Positions 49,871-60,049 of a stretch of DNA of 64,000 nucleotides are shown here, piece by piece. Below the pieces are notes generated by a model. It saw only the letters and a list, made by a program, of their open reading frames with translations, was not told the DNA's origin and did no database searches. The stretch's first letter is position 1. Every line of letters starts with the position of its first letter. Position numbers and translations under genes: made by a program. Origin of the DNA: Candidatus Poribacteria bacterium (GTDB taxonomy: Bacteria > Poribacteria > WGA-4E > PCPOR2b); the NCBI GenBank assembly GCA_965116925.1, contig OZ220744.1:2176001-2240000 (forward strand), given 5' to 3'.

Positions 49871-50950
49871 ATGAGACACCTCATCACGCTTGATGACTTA
49901 TCCAACTTTGAAATTGAACAGCTTTTTCGACTCGCGGATCAGATGCGCACGCAGCTTGCCACGTGGTCCGGTTTCTGTAAAGGCAAACTGTTAGCGACGC
50001 TGTTTTATGAACCGAGCACACGGACGCGCCTCTCCTTTGAAAGTGCGATAGGACGGCTTGATGGACGGGCACTCGGCTTCGCAGATCCTGATGCTGCTTC
50101 CGTCGCAAAGGGCGAAACCATCGCGGACACCGCTCGCATGGTGACCAACTACTCAGACCTAATCGTAGTGCGCCACAGTTGGGCGGGCGCGGCTCACGTT
50201 ATGGCTCGCTATTCTAATGTCCCGGTAATCAACGGCGGCGATGGCAGCCACAGACATCCCACGCAAGCACTCACAGACCTGTACACAATCCTCCAACGGA
50301 AAGGGCAGATAGAAGGATTGACGGTTGGCATTTGTGGCGATCTGCGATATGGGCGGGCAGCGCATTCGCTCGCGCTCGGTGTTGCACGATTCGGCGGAAA
50401 GCTCCTCCATATTTCACCCGATGGATTTCAGATGCCTGAATGGGTGTCTACCCGATTGAAACATCTCTATGGTCAAGAACCTATAGAGAGCAATCAACTC
50501 AGTGACGTGATTGGTGAGCTTGATGTTATCTATGTCAATCGCCTTCAGGAAGAGCGCTTGCCGCCGGAGATTTCGCCGGAAGATGCACGGGGAAGCTACC
50601 TTGTGGATGTAGCCATAATGGATTACGCGAAAGCTGATGCGATAATCATGCACCCACTGCCGCGGGTGAATGAACTGGCTTATGAGTTAGATGAGGATTC
50701 ACGTGCGGCGTATTTTGATCAATCTGCAAACGCTGTACCTACTCGGATGGCACTACTTGCAAGTTTACTGGGGCTTGAGCAGTTGGTTTTGACGCAACCA
50801 CCGACGAGAAAGATGATATCGGATCAACAGGCATGTGAGAATCCCAACTGTGCTAGCAATCATGAACGTTACTTGGAACCCGAGACGGAAATAATCGCGG
50901 ATCAACCCTTGATTTCTGCTTGTGCTTACTGTGGCACCCTTAAAACGTGA
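49871..50950 (+). CDS. pyrB: Aspartate carbamoyltransferase with fused C-terminal PyrI-like zinc domain
   Basis: FYEPSTRTRLSFE, HPTQAL.DL, GDLRYGR, HPLPR; tail CENPNCASNHE...CAYCG. Confidence 0.95.
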   Translation: MRHLITLDDLSNFEIEQLFRLADQMRTQLATWSGFCKGKLLATLFYEPSTRTRLSFESAIGRLDGRALGFADPDAASVAKGETIADTARMVTNYSDLIVVRHSWAGAAHVMARYSNVPVINGGDGSHRHPTQALTDLYTILQRKGQIEGLTVGICGDLRYGRAAHSLALGVARFGGKLLHISPDGFQMPEWVSTRLKHLYGQEPIESNQLSDVIGELDVIYVNRLQEERLPPEISPEDARGSYLVDVAIMDYAKADAIIMHPLPRVNELAYELDEDSRAAYFDQSANAVPTRMALLASLLGLEQLVLTQPPTRKMISDQQACENPNCASNHERYLEPETEIIADQPLISACAYCGTLKT

Positions 50951-50958
50951 TCTGCAAA

Positions 50959-51065
50959 TATAGTAGATTTTAGAATTAATTGGACACTGCAAATCGGCGC
51001 AGTTGGAAACAGCGCCTACCAAACCCGGGGAATGAAAGTGCTATTTTTTTCTATGATTCACTATA
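50959..51065 (+). mobile_element. Correia/RUP-like MITE, family A, copy 3 (107 bp)
   Basis: TATAGTAGATTTTAGAATTAAT...GATTCACTATA; same internal REP as copy 1. Confidence 0.87.
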
Positions 51066-51081
51066 AATTCAAGGAGTATCT

Positions 51082-52314
51082 ATGAGCAACCTAAAAATTC
51101 GTGATGTTCGCACCATTGTGACGCAACCGACAGCGAACCTCATTGTGGTCAAAATAGAGACCGATGAACCGGAATTGTACGGTTTGGGTTGTGCTACCTT
51201 TACCCAACGTGCCCTTGTTGTTGAAACCGCTATCAACGATTATCTCCGTCCGTTCCTCATCGGCAAGGATCCCGCCGACATCGAAGATATCTGGCAGTCG
51301 TGCAATGTATCTGCATACTGGCGGAACGGACCTATCCTCAACAACGCCATTAGTGGTGTGGATCAAGCGTTGTGGGACATCAAGGGCAAAGTCGCAGGAA
51401 TGCCCGTTTACGACCTATTCGGTGGTAAATCGAGGGAGGCTGCTGCCGTATACGTCGTCCCGGGCGGAAACGACCTTCAGGAGTATGAAGAAAATGTCTG
51501 GGCACTTATTGAAGACGGTTTCCGCCACTTCAAACTTGGGGGCGCAGACCGCCTCTTTGCCGACGATACCCCCCACAGTGAAAAGCCCGTTATCACAGAC
51601 AAAGTTTCCGACTCAAGGGGCAGTATCTACGATCCTGTAAAAGCGGTTCGTGGCATCGTGCGTGCTTTTGAACATTTCCGCTCCACTTTCGGTTGGGATG
51701 TCGAGCTTATCTACGATATCCATGAACGCCTTCCGCCTATCATTGGACTCGGCTTGGCGAAGGAGCTTGAGCCGTTTAGGCTATTTTTCTTGGAGGATCT
51801 TTTCGCACCTGAAGACAACGATTACTTCCGGCTAGTACGCGAACAGACAAGCACGCCGATTGCTATGGGTGAGTTATACAACAATCCACACGAGATGATT
51901 CCGATGGTTAAGGATCGATTGCTGGATTTCATGCGTGTCCACGTCTCTCAAATCGGTGGACTGACGCCGGCACGGAAATTGGCAGCACTCTGCGAAGCCT
52001 TCAACGTCCGCACCGCTTGGCACGGTCCCACGGATGTGTCTCCGGTGGGACACGCTGCCCAACTGATGCTAGATTTGAATGTGTGGAACTTCGGCATTCA
52101 AGAGGCAGGTCCCTATCAGACCGATCTGCTGAAAGAGGTGTTCCCCGGAACGCCTGAAGTCCGCAACGGGTATATGTGGGCTAACGGCAAGCCGGGCTTG
52201 GGCATTGATATAGACGAGGAGTTAGCGGCGAAGTATCCAATCACAGAACCCGCAAGTTCCAACTGGTCGTGGGGCAATGTCAGACTGGCTGATGGAACTA
52301 TAATCCGTCCGTGA
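51082..52314 (+). CDS. Enolase-superfamily sugar-acid dehydratase (RspA/ManD-like)
   Basis: YWRNGPILNNAISGVD.ALWDIKGK, DIHERL, FFLED, AMGEL, RTAWHGP.DVSP, PGLGID. Confidence 0.92.
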   Translation: MSNLKIRDVRTIVTQPTANLIVVKIETDEPELYGLGCATFTQRALVVETAINDYLRPFLIGKDPADIEDIWQSCNVSAYWRNGPILNNAISGVDQALWDIKGKVAGMPVYDLFGGKSREAAAVYVVPGGNDLQEYEENVWALIEDGFRHFKLGGADRLFADDTPHSEKPVITDKVSDSRGSIYDPVKAVRGIVRAFEHFRSTFGWDVELIYDIHERLPPIIGLGLAKELEPFRLFFLEDLFAPEDNDYFRLVREQTSTPIAMGELYNNPHEMIPMVKDRLLDFMRVHVSQIGGLTPARKLAALCEAFNVRTAWHGPTDVSPVGHAAQLMLDLNVWNFGIQEAGPYQTDLLKEVFPGTPEVRNGYMWANGKPGLGIDIDEELAAKYPITEPASSNWSWGNVRLADGTIIRP

Positions 52315-52323
52315 TGAACTAAG

Positions 52324-52357
52324 AGAAACCGAGTTTTTTCTTCAAAACTCGGTTTCT
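52324..52357. repeat. AGAAACCGAG hairpin repeat, copy 4
   Basis: AGAAACCGAGTTTT...AAAACTCGGTTTCT. Confidence 0.85.
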
Positions 52358-52393
52358 TTGTACAATCTCTCAAAACAGATACAAGGATAAATC

Positions 52394-53563
52394 ATGTCAG
52401 ATCGACTCAAAATGGGGTTAATTGGTTGTGGCGGTATGTCCGGTGCCCACATGCGGGGCTATCAAGAGCTATGGTCGAAGGGGATTAAGTCCTTTGATAT
52501 CGTTGCTGCCTGCGATATTGATGTGAGCCACGCAGAAGAACGGGCGACCCAAGCGCATGAATTTCAAGGGGGGCAAAAACCGGCGGTTTACACGGATGTG
52601 GAAGAGATGTTGTCTAAGCATTCAGATCTCGATTGTGTAGACATCTGTGCCCTCCATAGCGCGCACCACACCCTCGCTGTTACCGCACTGAAAGCAGGAA
52701 AACACGTCATCATCGAAAAACCGCTCGGTATCACCATGCGTGCCTGTAATCTCATCCTTGATGCTGCGGAAAAGAACGGGCGCATCCTGTCTGTCGCAGA
52801 AAACTATCGTCTAGATCGGGTTCAACGGGCGCGACGGTGGGCGGTGCGTCAAGGACGGATTGGCGATCCACGGATGTTTTTCTGGGTGGAGGTCGGCGAG
52901 GGTTTGGGAAAATGGAGTTGGCGTAATTTCAAGATGGACGCCGGCGGCGGTTGGGTGCTCGATGGTGGTGTCCATTTTACAGATCTTATGCGTTTTATTC
53001 TCGATGCGGAGGCGGTAGAGGTGTATGCAATCAACAAGGCTTACGAACCGTATCGCTATGATGATCCAGCAGCGCGGCAGGGCGGTTACGATGTTGACGT
53101 TGAGGATGCGATGATCTCCGCAATCAAATTTGAGAGAGGTATCTCCGCGCAGTGGACATGGGTCGGTTCGGGACCGGGGAACGGTATCAGTCGCAGAACC
53201 CTTTATGGCAGCGAAGGCAGTTTGGATTTCGAGGCAGGTCTTACACCTCGCGGTGGTGAAACTATTAGCAACGAAGTCCTACTCCAAGAATTTCTGGCAC
53301 ACATCAGCGACGATGAACGCGAATATTACTTCCCAAGTGGTATCGAGGATACCGTCGCCATAGAACTCAAGTATTTTGCGGACGCTATCACCACCGGCGG
53401 CAAACCGGAGGTCGATGGGATTGAGGGTATGAAGTCCGAAGCGATCTGCATGGCGGTCTACGAGTCCGGTTGGCACGGTCGTCCGGTGACATTGGCAGAG
53501 ATTGAAAATTGTGAATTGGAAGGCTATCAGGGCGAGATTAATGAGAAACTGGGGATAACGTAA
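52394..53563 (+). CDS. Gfo/Idh/MocA family oxidoreductase
   Basis: GLIGCGG, GKHVIIEKPL, AENYR, DGGVHFTD. Confidence 0.92.
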   Translation: MSDRLKMGLIGCGGMSGAHMRGYQELWSKGIKSFDIVAACDIDVSHAEERATQAHEFQGGQKPAVYTDVEEMLSKHSDLDCVDICALHSAHHTLAVTALKAGKHVIIEKPLGITMRACNLILDAAEKNGRILSVAENYRLDRVQRARRWAVRQGRIGDPRMFFWVEVGEGLGKWSWRNFKMDAGGGWVLDGGVHFTDLMRFILDAEAVEVYAINKAYEPYRYDDPAARQGGYDVDVEDAMISAIKFERGISAQWTWVGSGPGNGISRRTLYGSEGSLDFEAGLTPRGGETISNEVLLQEFLAHISDDEREYYFPSGIEDTVAIELKYFADAITTGGKPEVDGIEGMKSEAICMAVYESGWHGRPVTLAEIENCELEGYQGEINEKLGIT

Positions 53564-53602
53564 AGTGTAAAAACCTCACGGATACTCAGACAGGAGATAA
53601 TA

Positions 53603-56158
53603 ATGAATCAACAGATAACTTCCCCCGAAGCGTTTTTTGGCTTCCAGCTTGGAAGCGATCGGAAGATGGCGCGGTGGAACCAGATTGTCGATTACTTCCG
53701 GTTATTGGAAGCACAGAGCGATAAGATCCAAGTTATTGATATGGGTCCCTCTACAGAGGGGCACCCGTTCCTATTTGTGATTATCTCCTCACCGGAGAAC
53801 CTATCGAATTTGGAGCGTCTCCGCGAGGTGAACGGGCAAATCAAAGATCCGCGTGGAATGTCGGAGGAGGTCATAAATTCGTTCATCGGGGAAGGGAAGG
53901 CGATTATCCTTCAATCGATGGGGCTGCACGCAACGGAGATCGGCAGCACGCAGATGGTATCGGAACTGGCTTACGATCAGATTACACGGACTGATGAAGA
54001 AGCGACGCGCATTCTGGATAACGTTATCTCACTGATGGTGCCGTGTTTCAACCCAGATGGTCAGATCATGGTGACCGACTGGTACAACAGATATGTCGGT
54101 ACAGAGTACGAAGGCAGTACACCACCGTGGCTGTATCACAAATATGCTGGGCATGACAACAACCGCGACGCTTTCATGTTCAACCTAGTCGAATCTCAGT
54201 ATATGGCGCAGATCATGTATAAAGAGTGGCAGCCCCACGCCTACCAGGATCATCATGAAATGGGCTGCTACGGCGCACGTTTATGGGTGTGTCCCTATTC
54301 GGAGCCGCTGCATCCGCACGGTGATCCGTTGGTTTGGCGGGAGATTAGCTGGTATGGGGCGCACATGGCATATAAATTAGAGGAGGCGGGCAAGACCGGC
54401 GTCCTTAATGCGTCGTTGTTCCCGGCGTGGAGTCATCTCGGTTTCCACTGGATGGGTAACTATCACAACATCGCCAGTATGCTGACAGAATCGGCACACG
54501 CCAAGTTGGCAACGCCGATGTATATCCACAAAAGTCAACTGAAAGGCGAAGATGATCGGAAGCAGTTGCTCGACGAAGGGGGTAACACGCTAAGGGCGTT
54601 TCCCCACTATAAACCTCAGACCAACTTCCCCCACCCGTGGGAGGGCGGTTGGTGGCGAGTTCGTGACATTGTTGAACAGCAAAAGATCTCGGCGTGGGGA
54701 TTGCTTGACATGGCAGCACGGAATAAGGACACAATTCTGCGGAATGCGTATCTGAAGGCAAAGCGACAGACCGCACTCGGCGCGTCCGGCACACCCGCCG
54801 CATACCTCATCCGCCCGGACCAACACGATCCGCTGACCGTCGTAAGGACGATTAACAAGCTACTCGTTCAGGGAATAGATATCCAGAAAGCGGTACAAGC
54901 TTTTACGGTCAACGGTTCAAACCACCCGGCGGGGACCTACTGCATCCCTCTCAATCAACCGAAGATGGGAGTCATTAAGACGCTGCTGGGACGGACTTTA
55001 TACCCGGACGACGCTTGGACGAGGCAACCCGATGGCACACCGCAGCGTCCTTACGATACTACAACGGATACCATGACGGAGTTTATGGGGGTCGATGCTG
55101 TGCCGGTACAGGGGAATATCGAAGGGAGTTTTGAGGCTGTTACGGAACCGGAACCCCTTACCGGGAAGGTCGTCGGCACCTCGCAGGTCGGTTATCTTTT
55201 CGATGGTAGACTCAACGATAGCTTCCAAGTCCTCAATCAGTTATTCAATAGGGGTGTAGAAGTTACCCGCCTGCACGAGACGGTGTCAGTGGGGGACGAA
55301 GACTTTCCGACAGGCGCGTTTGTGGCTGCTGCTAGGGCTGAAAATCTGCTCACAGAAATCGCCCAAGATTGTGGCGTTACCTTCCACGCGCTTGAAGGGG
55401 AGTTAGACGCAAAACAGAGTGAAATCCGGCGAGCGCGGATTGGTATGTATCAGCGATATTGGGGTGGTAACATGGATGAGGGGTGGACGCGGCTGGTCTT
55501 GGAGCAGTATGGATTCCCGTACCAGACACTGAAGGATGCGGAGATTAAAGCCGGCAACTTGAACGAGTGTATTGACGTTCTCATACTGCCCGATGACTCT
55601 ACCGATATGATCATCGGCGACAATGCAGCGGATCGACTCAGAGAAAACCCTATCCCTCCAGAATATCGAAGCGGTATCGGGGAGGAAGGCGTCAAAGCGA
55701 TAAAGGAATTTGTCGAAAATGGTGGCACATTGATAACGCTCAACCAAGCCTGTAACTTCGCCATCAAGAAGTTGGATTTGCCGGTGCAAAACGTCGTGGC
55801 AGGTAAGTCAGCCAAAGAATTCTACTGCCCCGGCTCCACCCTACACGCTAATATCGACACAAATCATCGGCTCACCTACGGTATGCCCGACGAAGGACTC
55901 ATCTTCTTCTGGAGCGGTCCCACCTTCCGTGTCCGTCCCTCTTTTTCCAATGAGAGATGCGAGATTCTCGTCCAATATCCTGAGAGAGACATTTTGCAGA
56001 GTGGTTGGCTTGTCGGTGAGGAGCAGATAGCGGGGACTGCTGGTATGATTGCAGTGGGGTACGGCGAAGGATCGGTTGTCCTTTTCGGATTCAGACCGCA
56101 GCATCGGGCGCAAACGCATGGGACGTTCAAGTTGTTTTTCAATGCGCTTATTGGTTAG
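53603..56158 (+). CDS. M14 family zinc carboxypeptidase with C-terminal GATase-like domain
   Basis: LHATE (HxxE), NPDG, DNNRD, DHHEMG Zn ligands; MDEGWTR and FRPQHR C-terminal motifs; no obvious signal peptide. Confidence 0.9.
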   Translation: MNQQITSPEAFFGFQLGSDRKMARWNQIVDYFRLLEAQSDKIQVIDMGPSTEGHPFLFVIISSPENLSNLERLREVNGQIKDPRGMSEEVINSFIGEGKAIILQSMGLHATEIGSTQMVSELAYDQITRTDEEATRILDNVISLMVPCFNPDGQIMVTDWYNRYVGTEYEGSTPPWLYHKYAGHDNNRDAFMFNLVESQYMAQIMYKEWQPHAYQDHHEMGCYGARLWVCPYSEPLHPHGDPLVWREISWYGAHMAYKLEEAGKTGVLNASLFPAWSHLGFHWMGNYHNIASMLTESAHAKLATPMYIHKSQLKGEDDRKQLLDEGGNTLRAFPHYKPQTNFPHPWEGGWWRVRDIVEQQKISAWGLLDMAARNKDTILRNAYLKAKRQTALGASGTPAAYLIRPDQHDPLTVVRTINKLLVQGIDIQKAVQAFTVNGSNHPAGTYCIPLNQPKMGVIKTLLGRTLYPDDAWTRQPDGTPQRPYDTTTDTMTEFMGVDAVPVQGNIEGSFEAVTEPEPLTGKVVGTSQVGYLFDGRLNDSFQVLNQLFNRGVEVTRLHETVSVGDEDFPTGAFVAAARAENLLTEIAQDCGVTFHALEGELDAKQSEIRRARIGMYQRYWGGNMDEGWTRLVLEQYGFPYQTLKDAEIKAGNLNECIDVLILPDDSTDMIIGDNAADRLRENPIPPEYRSGIGEEGVKAIKEFVENGGTLITLNQACNFAIKKLDLPVQNVVAGKSAKEFYCPGSTLHANIDTNHRLTYGMPDEGLIFFWSGPTFRVRPSFSNERCEILVQYPERDILQSGWLVGEEQIAGTAGMIAVGYGEGSVVLFGFRPQHRAQTHGTFKLFFNALIG

Positions 56159-56200
56159 GGGTGATAGGTAGGGTAGAGGTAAATATTATTTGAATCGCGG

Positions 56201-56424
56201 ATTATTGTCAGAATCAGAATTTCAGGATTTTAGGATTAGCAGCTTTCAAGGACACATGTCGCCCTTCTGGGGCTTGGAAGGAGATCCCTATCGCCTGACT
56301 ATAAACATATCGCCCCCTCTGGGGTTAAATGGATCGATGCACAGGCTTGATGTACCACGAACCACGTTCTGTTTTTTTATCCTGTAAATCCTTAAATCGT
56401 GAAAATCCTGATTCTGACAATAAT
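56201..56424. mobile_element. MITE-like element with long TIRs enclosing two CGCCCC/TCTGGGG units
   Basis: Perfect 17-bp TIRs ATTATTGTCAGAATCAG / CTGATTCTGACAATAAT extending imperfectly to about 35 bp; internal ACATGTCGCCCTTCTGGGG and ACATATCGCCCCTCTGGGG. Confidence 0.78.
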
Positions 56425-56506
56425 TATGGGCACCCCTCAAACAACCTTAGCTGGATGCATCAAAACGGCAGGGACGTTGAGCAGGTATAGTTTAACTCAC
56501 CCCAAC

Positions 56507-57910
56507 CTATTCCCACTTCCGAATATCCACAAAATGTCCAGCGATCGCAGCCCCCGCAGCCATCTGCGGACTGACGAGATGCGTCCGTCCTCCCTTGCCC
56601 TGTCTTCCCTCAAAGTTCCGATTCGACGTACTCGCACACCGTTCACCCGGCATCAGGATATCCGGATTCATACCGAGGCACATGCTACAGCCAGACTCAC
56701 GCCACTCAAATCCCGCCTCACGGAAAATCTCGTCCAAACCTTCCGCCTCCGCCTGTCGCTTAACCGCCTGTGACCCCGGCACAACGAGCGCGTTCACCGT
56801 TGGAGAAACCTTGCGTCCCTTGGCAACCTCAGCAGCAACGCGGAGGTCGTCAATCCGAGAATTGGTACAACTCCCGATGAATACCTTATCGATCTGAATC
56901 TCCTCAATGGGTGTCAGCGGCTTCAAATCCATATAGGTCAATGCGTGCTCCGCTGCCTGTTTCTCATCCTGCGTCGGCATCCGAGCCGGATCCGGCACCT
57001 GTCCCGTCACCTCAGTCACCATCCCCGGATTCGTTCCCCACGTCACTTGAGGTGCCAGCGTTGCAGCGTCAATGGCAATCGACTTGTCGTAGACTGCTCC
57101 TTCGTCTGTCGGCAACTGTTTCCACCTTTCGACCGCCTGATCAAACGCCTCACCCTGCGGACAAAATTCCCGTCCTGCGAGGTATTCATACGTTTTGTCA
57201 TCCGGGGCAATCATACCAGCACGCGCCCCCGCTTCGATGGACATATTGCAAACCGTCATCCGCTCCTCAATGCTCAACGCCCGAATGGCAGATCCAGTGT
57301 ATTCGACCACCGAGCCCGTTCCGCCAGCGGTCCCGATCCGACCGATAATCCCCAAAATAATATCCTTTGCAGTAACCCCGTGCCCCAATTCCCCATCAAC
57401 CTCAATCTTAAAGGTCTGCGGACGCTGCTGCAAGAGACACTGGGTCGCCAATACATGCTCCACCTCACTGGTCCCAATACCGATAGCAAGTGCGCCCAAC
57501 GCCCCATGTGTCGAGGTATGGCTATCCCCACAAACGATTGTCTTCCCCGGTTGGGTGATACCTAACTCAGGTCCAATCACATGCACAATCCCCTGATTGG
57601 GGCTATGCAGGTCATACAAGGTGATACCAGTTTCAGCGCAATTCTGTGCCAATACCTCCATCTGCTTGGCGGCAATCTCATCGAGGATTGGAAGGGTTCG
57701 ATCCGTGGTTGGCACATTGTGATCCATGGTCGCAAAAGTCAGATCCGGACGGCGCACCTTTCGACCCGCGAGCCGGAGCCCCTCAAACGCCTGTGCAGAG
57801 GTAATTTCGTGAACGAGATGTGTATCAATATAGAGAATTGTTGTTTCGCCCGGTATTTCATGGACGATGTGGGCATCCCAAATCTTTTCAAACATCGTTT
57901 TCGGTGTCAT
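56507..57910 (-). CDS. leuC: 3-isopropylmalate dehydratase large subunit
   Basis: [57 protein letters not shown]. Confidence 0.98.
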   Translation of the reverse strand: MTPKTMFEKIWDAHIVHEIPGETTILYIDTHLVHEITSAQAFEGLRLAGRKVRRPDLTFATMDHNVPTTDRTLPILDEIAAKQMEVLAQNCAETGITLYDLHSPNQGIVHVIGPELGITQPGKTIVCGDSHTSTHGALGALAIGIGTSEVEHVLATQCLLQQRPQTFKIEVDGELGHGVTAKDIILGIIGRIGTAGGTGSVVEYTGSAIRALSIEERMTVCNMSIEAGARAGMIAPDDKTYEYLAGREFCPQGEAFDQAVERWKQLPTDEGAVYDKSIAIDAATLAPQVTWGTNPGMVTEVTGQVPDPARMPTQDEKQAAEHALTYMDLKPLTPIEEIQIDKVFIGSCTNSRIDDLRVAAEVAKGRKVSPTVNALVVPGSQAVKRQAEAEGLDEIFREAGFEWRESGCSMCLGMNPDILMPGERCASTSNRNFEGRQGKGGRTHLVSPQMAAGAAIAGHFVDIRKWE

Positions 57911-58024
57911 CTATCTCTCCTACCTATCAACAGCTCAATAAAATGTGTTTTAATTTCCGTTTGTTTAGTATACCCGATTTTCTCTCTCCTATGCAATACC
58001 ATAAGACAATATATTAGGGCTATT

Positions 58025-58163
58025 TATGGTAGATTTTAGAATTACTGAGACAGTTCCAATGCAGATGTACAGATTGGGAAATCTGTACCCACAAACAACC
58101 CCCTAAATCCCCCTTGTCAGGGGGACTTTGGCAAATGTTCACTTATTTGTCTAATTCACCATA
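58025..58163 (+). mobile_element. Correia/RUP-like MITE, family A, copy 4 (139 bp) with different cargo
   Basis: TATGGTAGATTTTAGAATTA...AATTCACCATA; carries GTACAGATTGGGAAATCTGTACCCAC and CCCCCTAAATCCCCCTTGTCAGGGGGAC. Confidence 0.82.
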
Positions 58164-58399
58164 GTTTTCCGTTTTGGTTCATGATTCACTGGCTATCTGA
58201 GCGACCGTTTGTTAATTTTTTATCGCCTCAATAGCTACCTGTGCTTTGAATTGACTAGTGTACTGCTTTCTACGGGACATGGGGGTGAAAACTCCTTTCT
58301 ATGTTTGGACGTTTCTGACCTATATGGTCGCACAGATGGCGACTGTTTTACAGTCCAAAATATATCTTATTCAGCTGCCCAGGTTTTGGGGTAATTACA
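58164..58399 (-). mobile_element. IS3-family relic: left inverted repeat plus interrupted start of orfA (58179-58280)
   Basis: Minus-strand end TGTAATTACCCCAAAACCTGGGCA; MSRRKQYTSQFKAQVAIEAIKN*QTVAQIASES* matches the IS3 OrfA HTH start. Confidence 0.78.
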
Positions 58400-58480
58400 C
58401 TCGTTGGGACTTTTGTTGGTTCATTAGTGCATTGGTTCATTAACTGTGAATTGGGTTTCACTTTAGCTGCCTGTAAGAAT

Positions 58481-58550
58481 GTAGGGTTGAAATTCAGAAA
58501 CGCTGCTGTCCTTGATAGCGAGGTACTTTCAACCGTTCAACCCAACCTAC
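58481..58550. repeat. Degenerate inverted GTAG-REP doublet
   Basis: GTAGGGTTGAA...TTCAACCCAACCTAC just 3' of the TolC gene. Confidence 0.5.
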
Positions 58551-58603
58551 GGCACTGATTTGCCTTATTTTAGGGATTGCAGATTTTTCGCCATGAGATT
58601 CGA

Positions 58604-60043
58604 TTACTCTATCCAGCCCATTGCTTCTCGCAGATTCTCTTTCGCATCGGCATGGTCCCGACGCGTGCGATAAAACACCCGTTGCGCTTCGGTGAATTGG
58701 GCTTGTGCCTCAAAAGCGTCGTCAAACGTCAAGCCGCGATAGCTTGGAAGGTCCAACCCTTCGTCCAAAACCCGCTCAATCGTCCGGAGTCGTTGCTCGA
58801 AGATTTGCACACGCTTTTCTTCAATTTCCATCCGTTCCCTGGCGTTTGCTACCTCTCGATAGGTGCGGCGCACCTCAACTCGGATCTGCTTCTGTAAATC
58901 AGTAAGTTCCAATTCGAGGTGGGCAAGCTCGGCACGCTCGACATCTCGATGTCCTTCCGTTAAGCCCCCATCGAAAAGAGGAAGGTTGAGGTTCAGGCGT
59001 ATTTCCCAGCCGTCCCGATCATCACGGGTTCCTTCAAAAGGCGTCGCATCGTCTCTCTCTTGTTTGAGAACCGCCGGATCGTACACCACCGTCGTATCCC
59101 ACGTCCGATCTCGCTGGTTTAGAAGCAGATGGGCATCCCGGTAGCGAAGAGCGGCATCAAGTTCTGGAATTCGATGCCAGCGCGTCTCCTTGACCAACCG
59201 TTCTTGACGGCTTATTGCGCCGGTAAGTTCTTTGAGCCCCAATCGGTTCTCCAATCCCAACTTAACTGCACGTTCAAGCGTTAGATCATCATCTGGTATG
59301 CTGTCAACGAGACGAACGCTTGCCAATACTCCCAATCCTGTCAATCGAATCAATTCCGCCTTGTCGATATCCAACCGCCGTCTCAATTCGTTGAGTGCCA
59401 GCTGCTGTTCTGCCAATTCCAGCTCTGTGTTCAGTACACTGAGGATGGGGATTCGCTTTTCTGCATGCTTTCTTTTGGTCCCTTTGAGCTTTTCCTGTAG
59501 TGTGGCTTCGACAGCACTCCGTTGTTCGATCTCCTCCTCTGTCAGGGCGATGTTGTGCCAGAGCCTTCTGAGGGCAAAGATGATCTCTTGCTTTGTACGC
59601 TCGAGTTCAATCCCGGAGAGGCGTACATCTTCTTGTGCCTGATCCAGATCTTTTGGGATCTCACCAAACTGCGCGATGAGTTGACTGAGGGAAACGCGAG
59701 AGAAGTAATCCCTTTCCAAGCCTAAAGCGTCGTTTTTCCTTCGTTCATAAAGACCGGTGAGCCCCAGTTGTGGCAAGTAAACAGAGCGAGCAATTCGCAG
59801 GTTCGCCTTGGCGCGATCCAGAATTTTCTGCGCTTTAAGCACTTTCTCACTGTTTTCCAACACCAGTCGCGATGCGTTTTCCAACGTCAGCGTCACCTGA
59901 TCCTGAGCAAACATAGGCACTGAAACACTCAAAAACAGGTAACATAATGCGTGAAACGTGAAACGTGAGGTATTATACGCCATTCGTGATACACGATACT
60001 TTCTTTCCATCCTGTTTTTCCTTCCCTTCACGCTCATTTCCAC
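58604..60043 (-). CDS. TolC-family outer membrane efflux protein; start uncertain
   Basis: Signal peptide ...PMFAQD, LTLENA...LEN, ARSVYLPQL.L, L.LPLFDGG, two-fold repeat architecture, L.EAMG C-terminus. Confidence 0.9.
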   Translation of the reverse strand: MEMSVKGRKNRMERKYRVSRMAYNTSRFTFHALCYLFLSVSVPMFAQDQVTLTLENASRLVLENSEKVLKAQKILDRAKANLRIARSVYLPQLGLTGLYERRKNDALGLERDYFSRVSLSQLIAQFGEIPKDLDQAQEDVRLSGIELERTKQEIIFALRRLWHNIALTEEEIEQRSAVEATLQEKLKGTKRKHAEKRIPILSVLNTELELAEQQLALNELRRRLDIDKAELIRLTGLGVLASVRLVDSIPDDDLTLERAVKLGLENRLGLKELTGAISRQERLVKETRWHRIPELDAALRYRDAHLLLNQRDRTWDTTVVYDPAVLKQERDDATPFEGTRDDRDGWEIRLNLNLPLFDGGLTEGHRDVERAELAHLELELTDLQKQIRVEVRRTYREVANARERMEIEEKRVQIFEQRLRTIERVLDEGLDLPSYRGLTFDDAFEAQAQFTEAQRVFYRTRRDHADAKENLREAMGWIE

Positions 60044-60049
60044 GATTCC

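Noticed and set aside
56399..58039. Several long + strand ORFs overlapping leuC
   Set aside because: Antisense shadow frames of a conserved gene, with no recognisable motifs.
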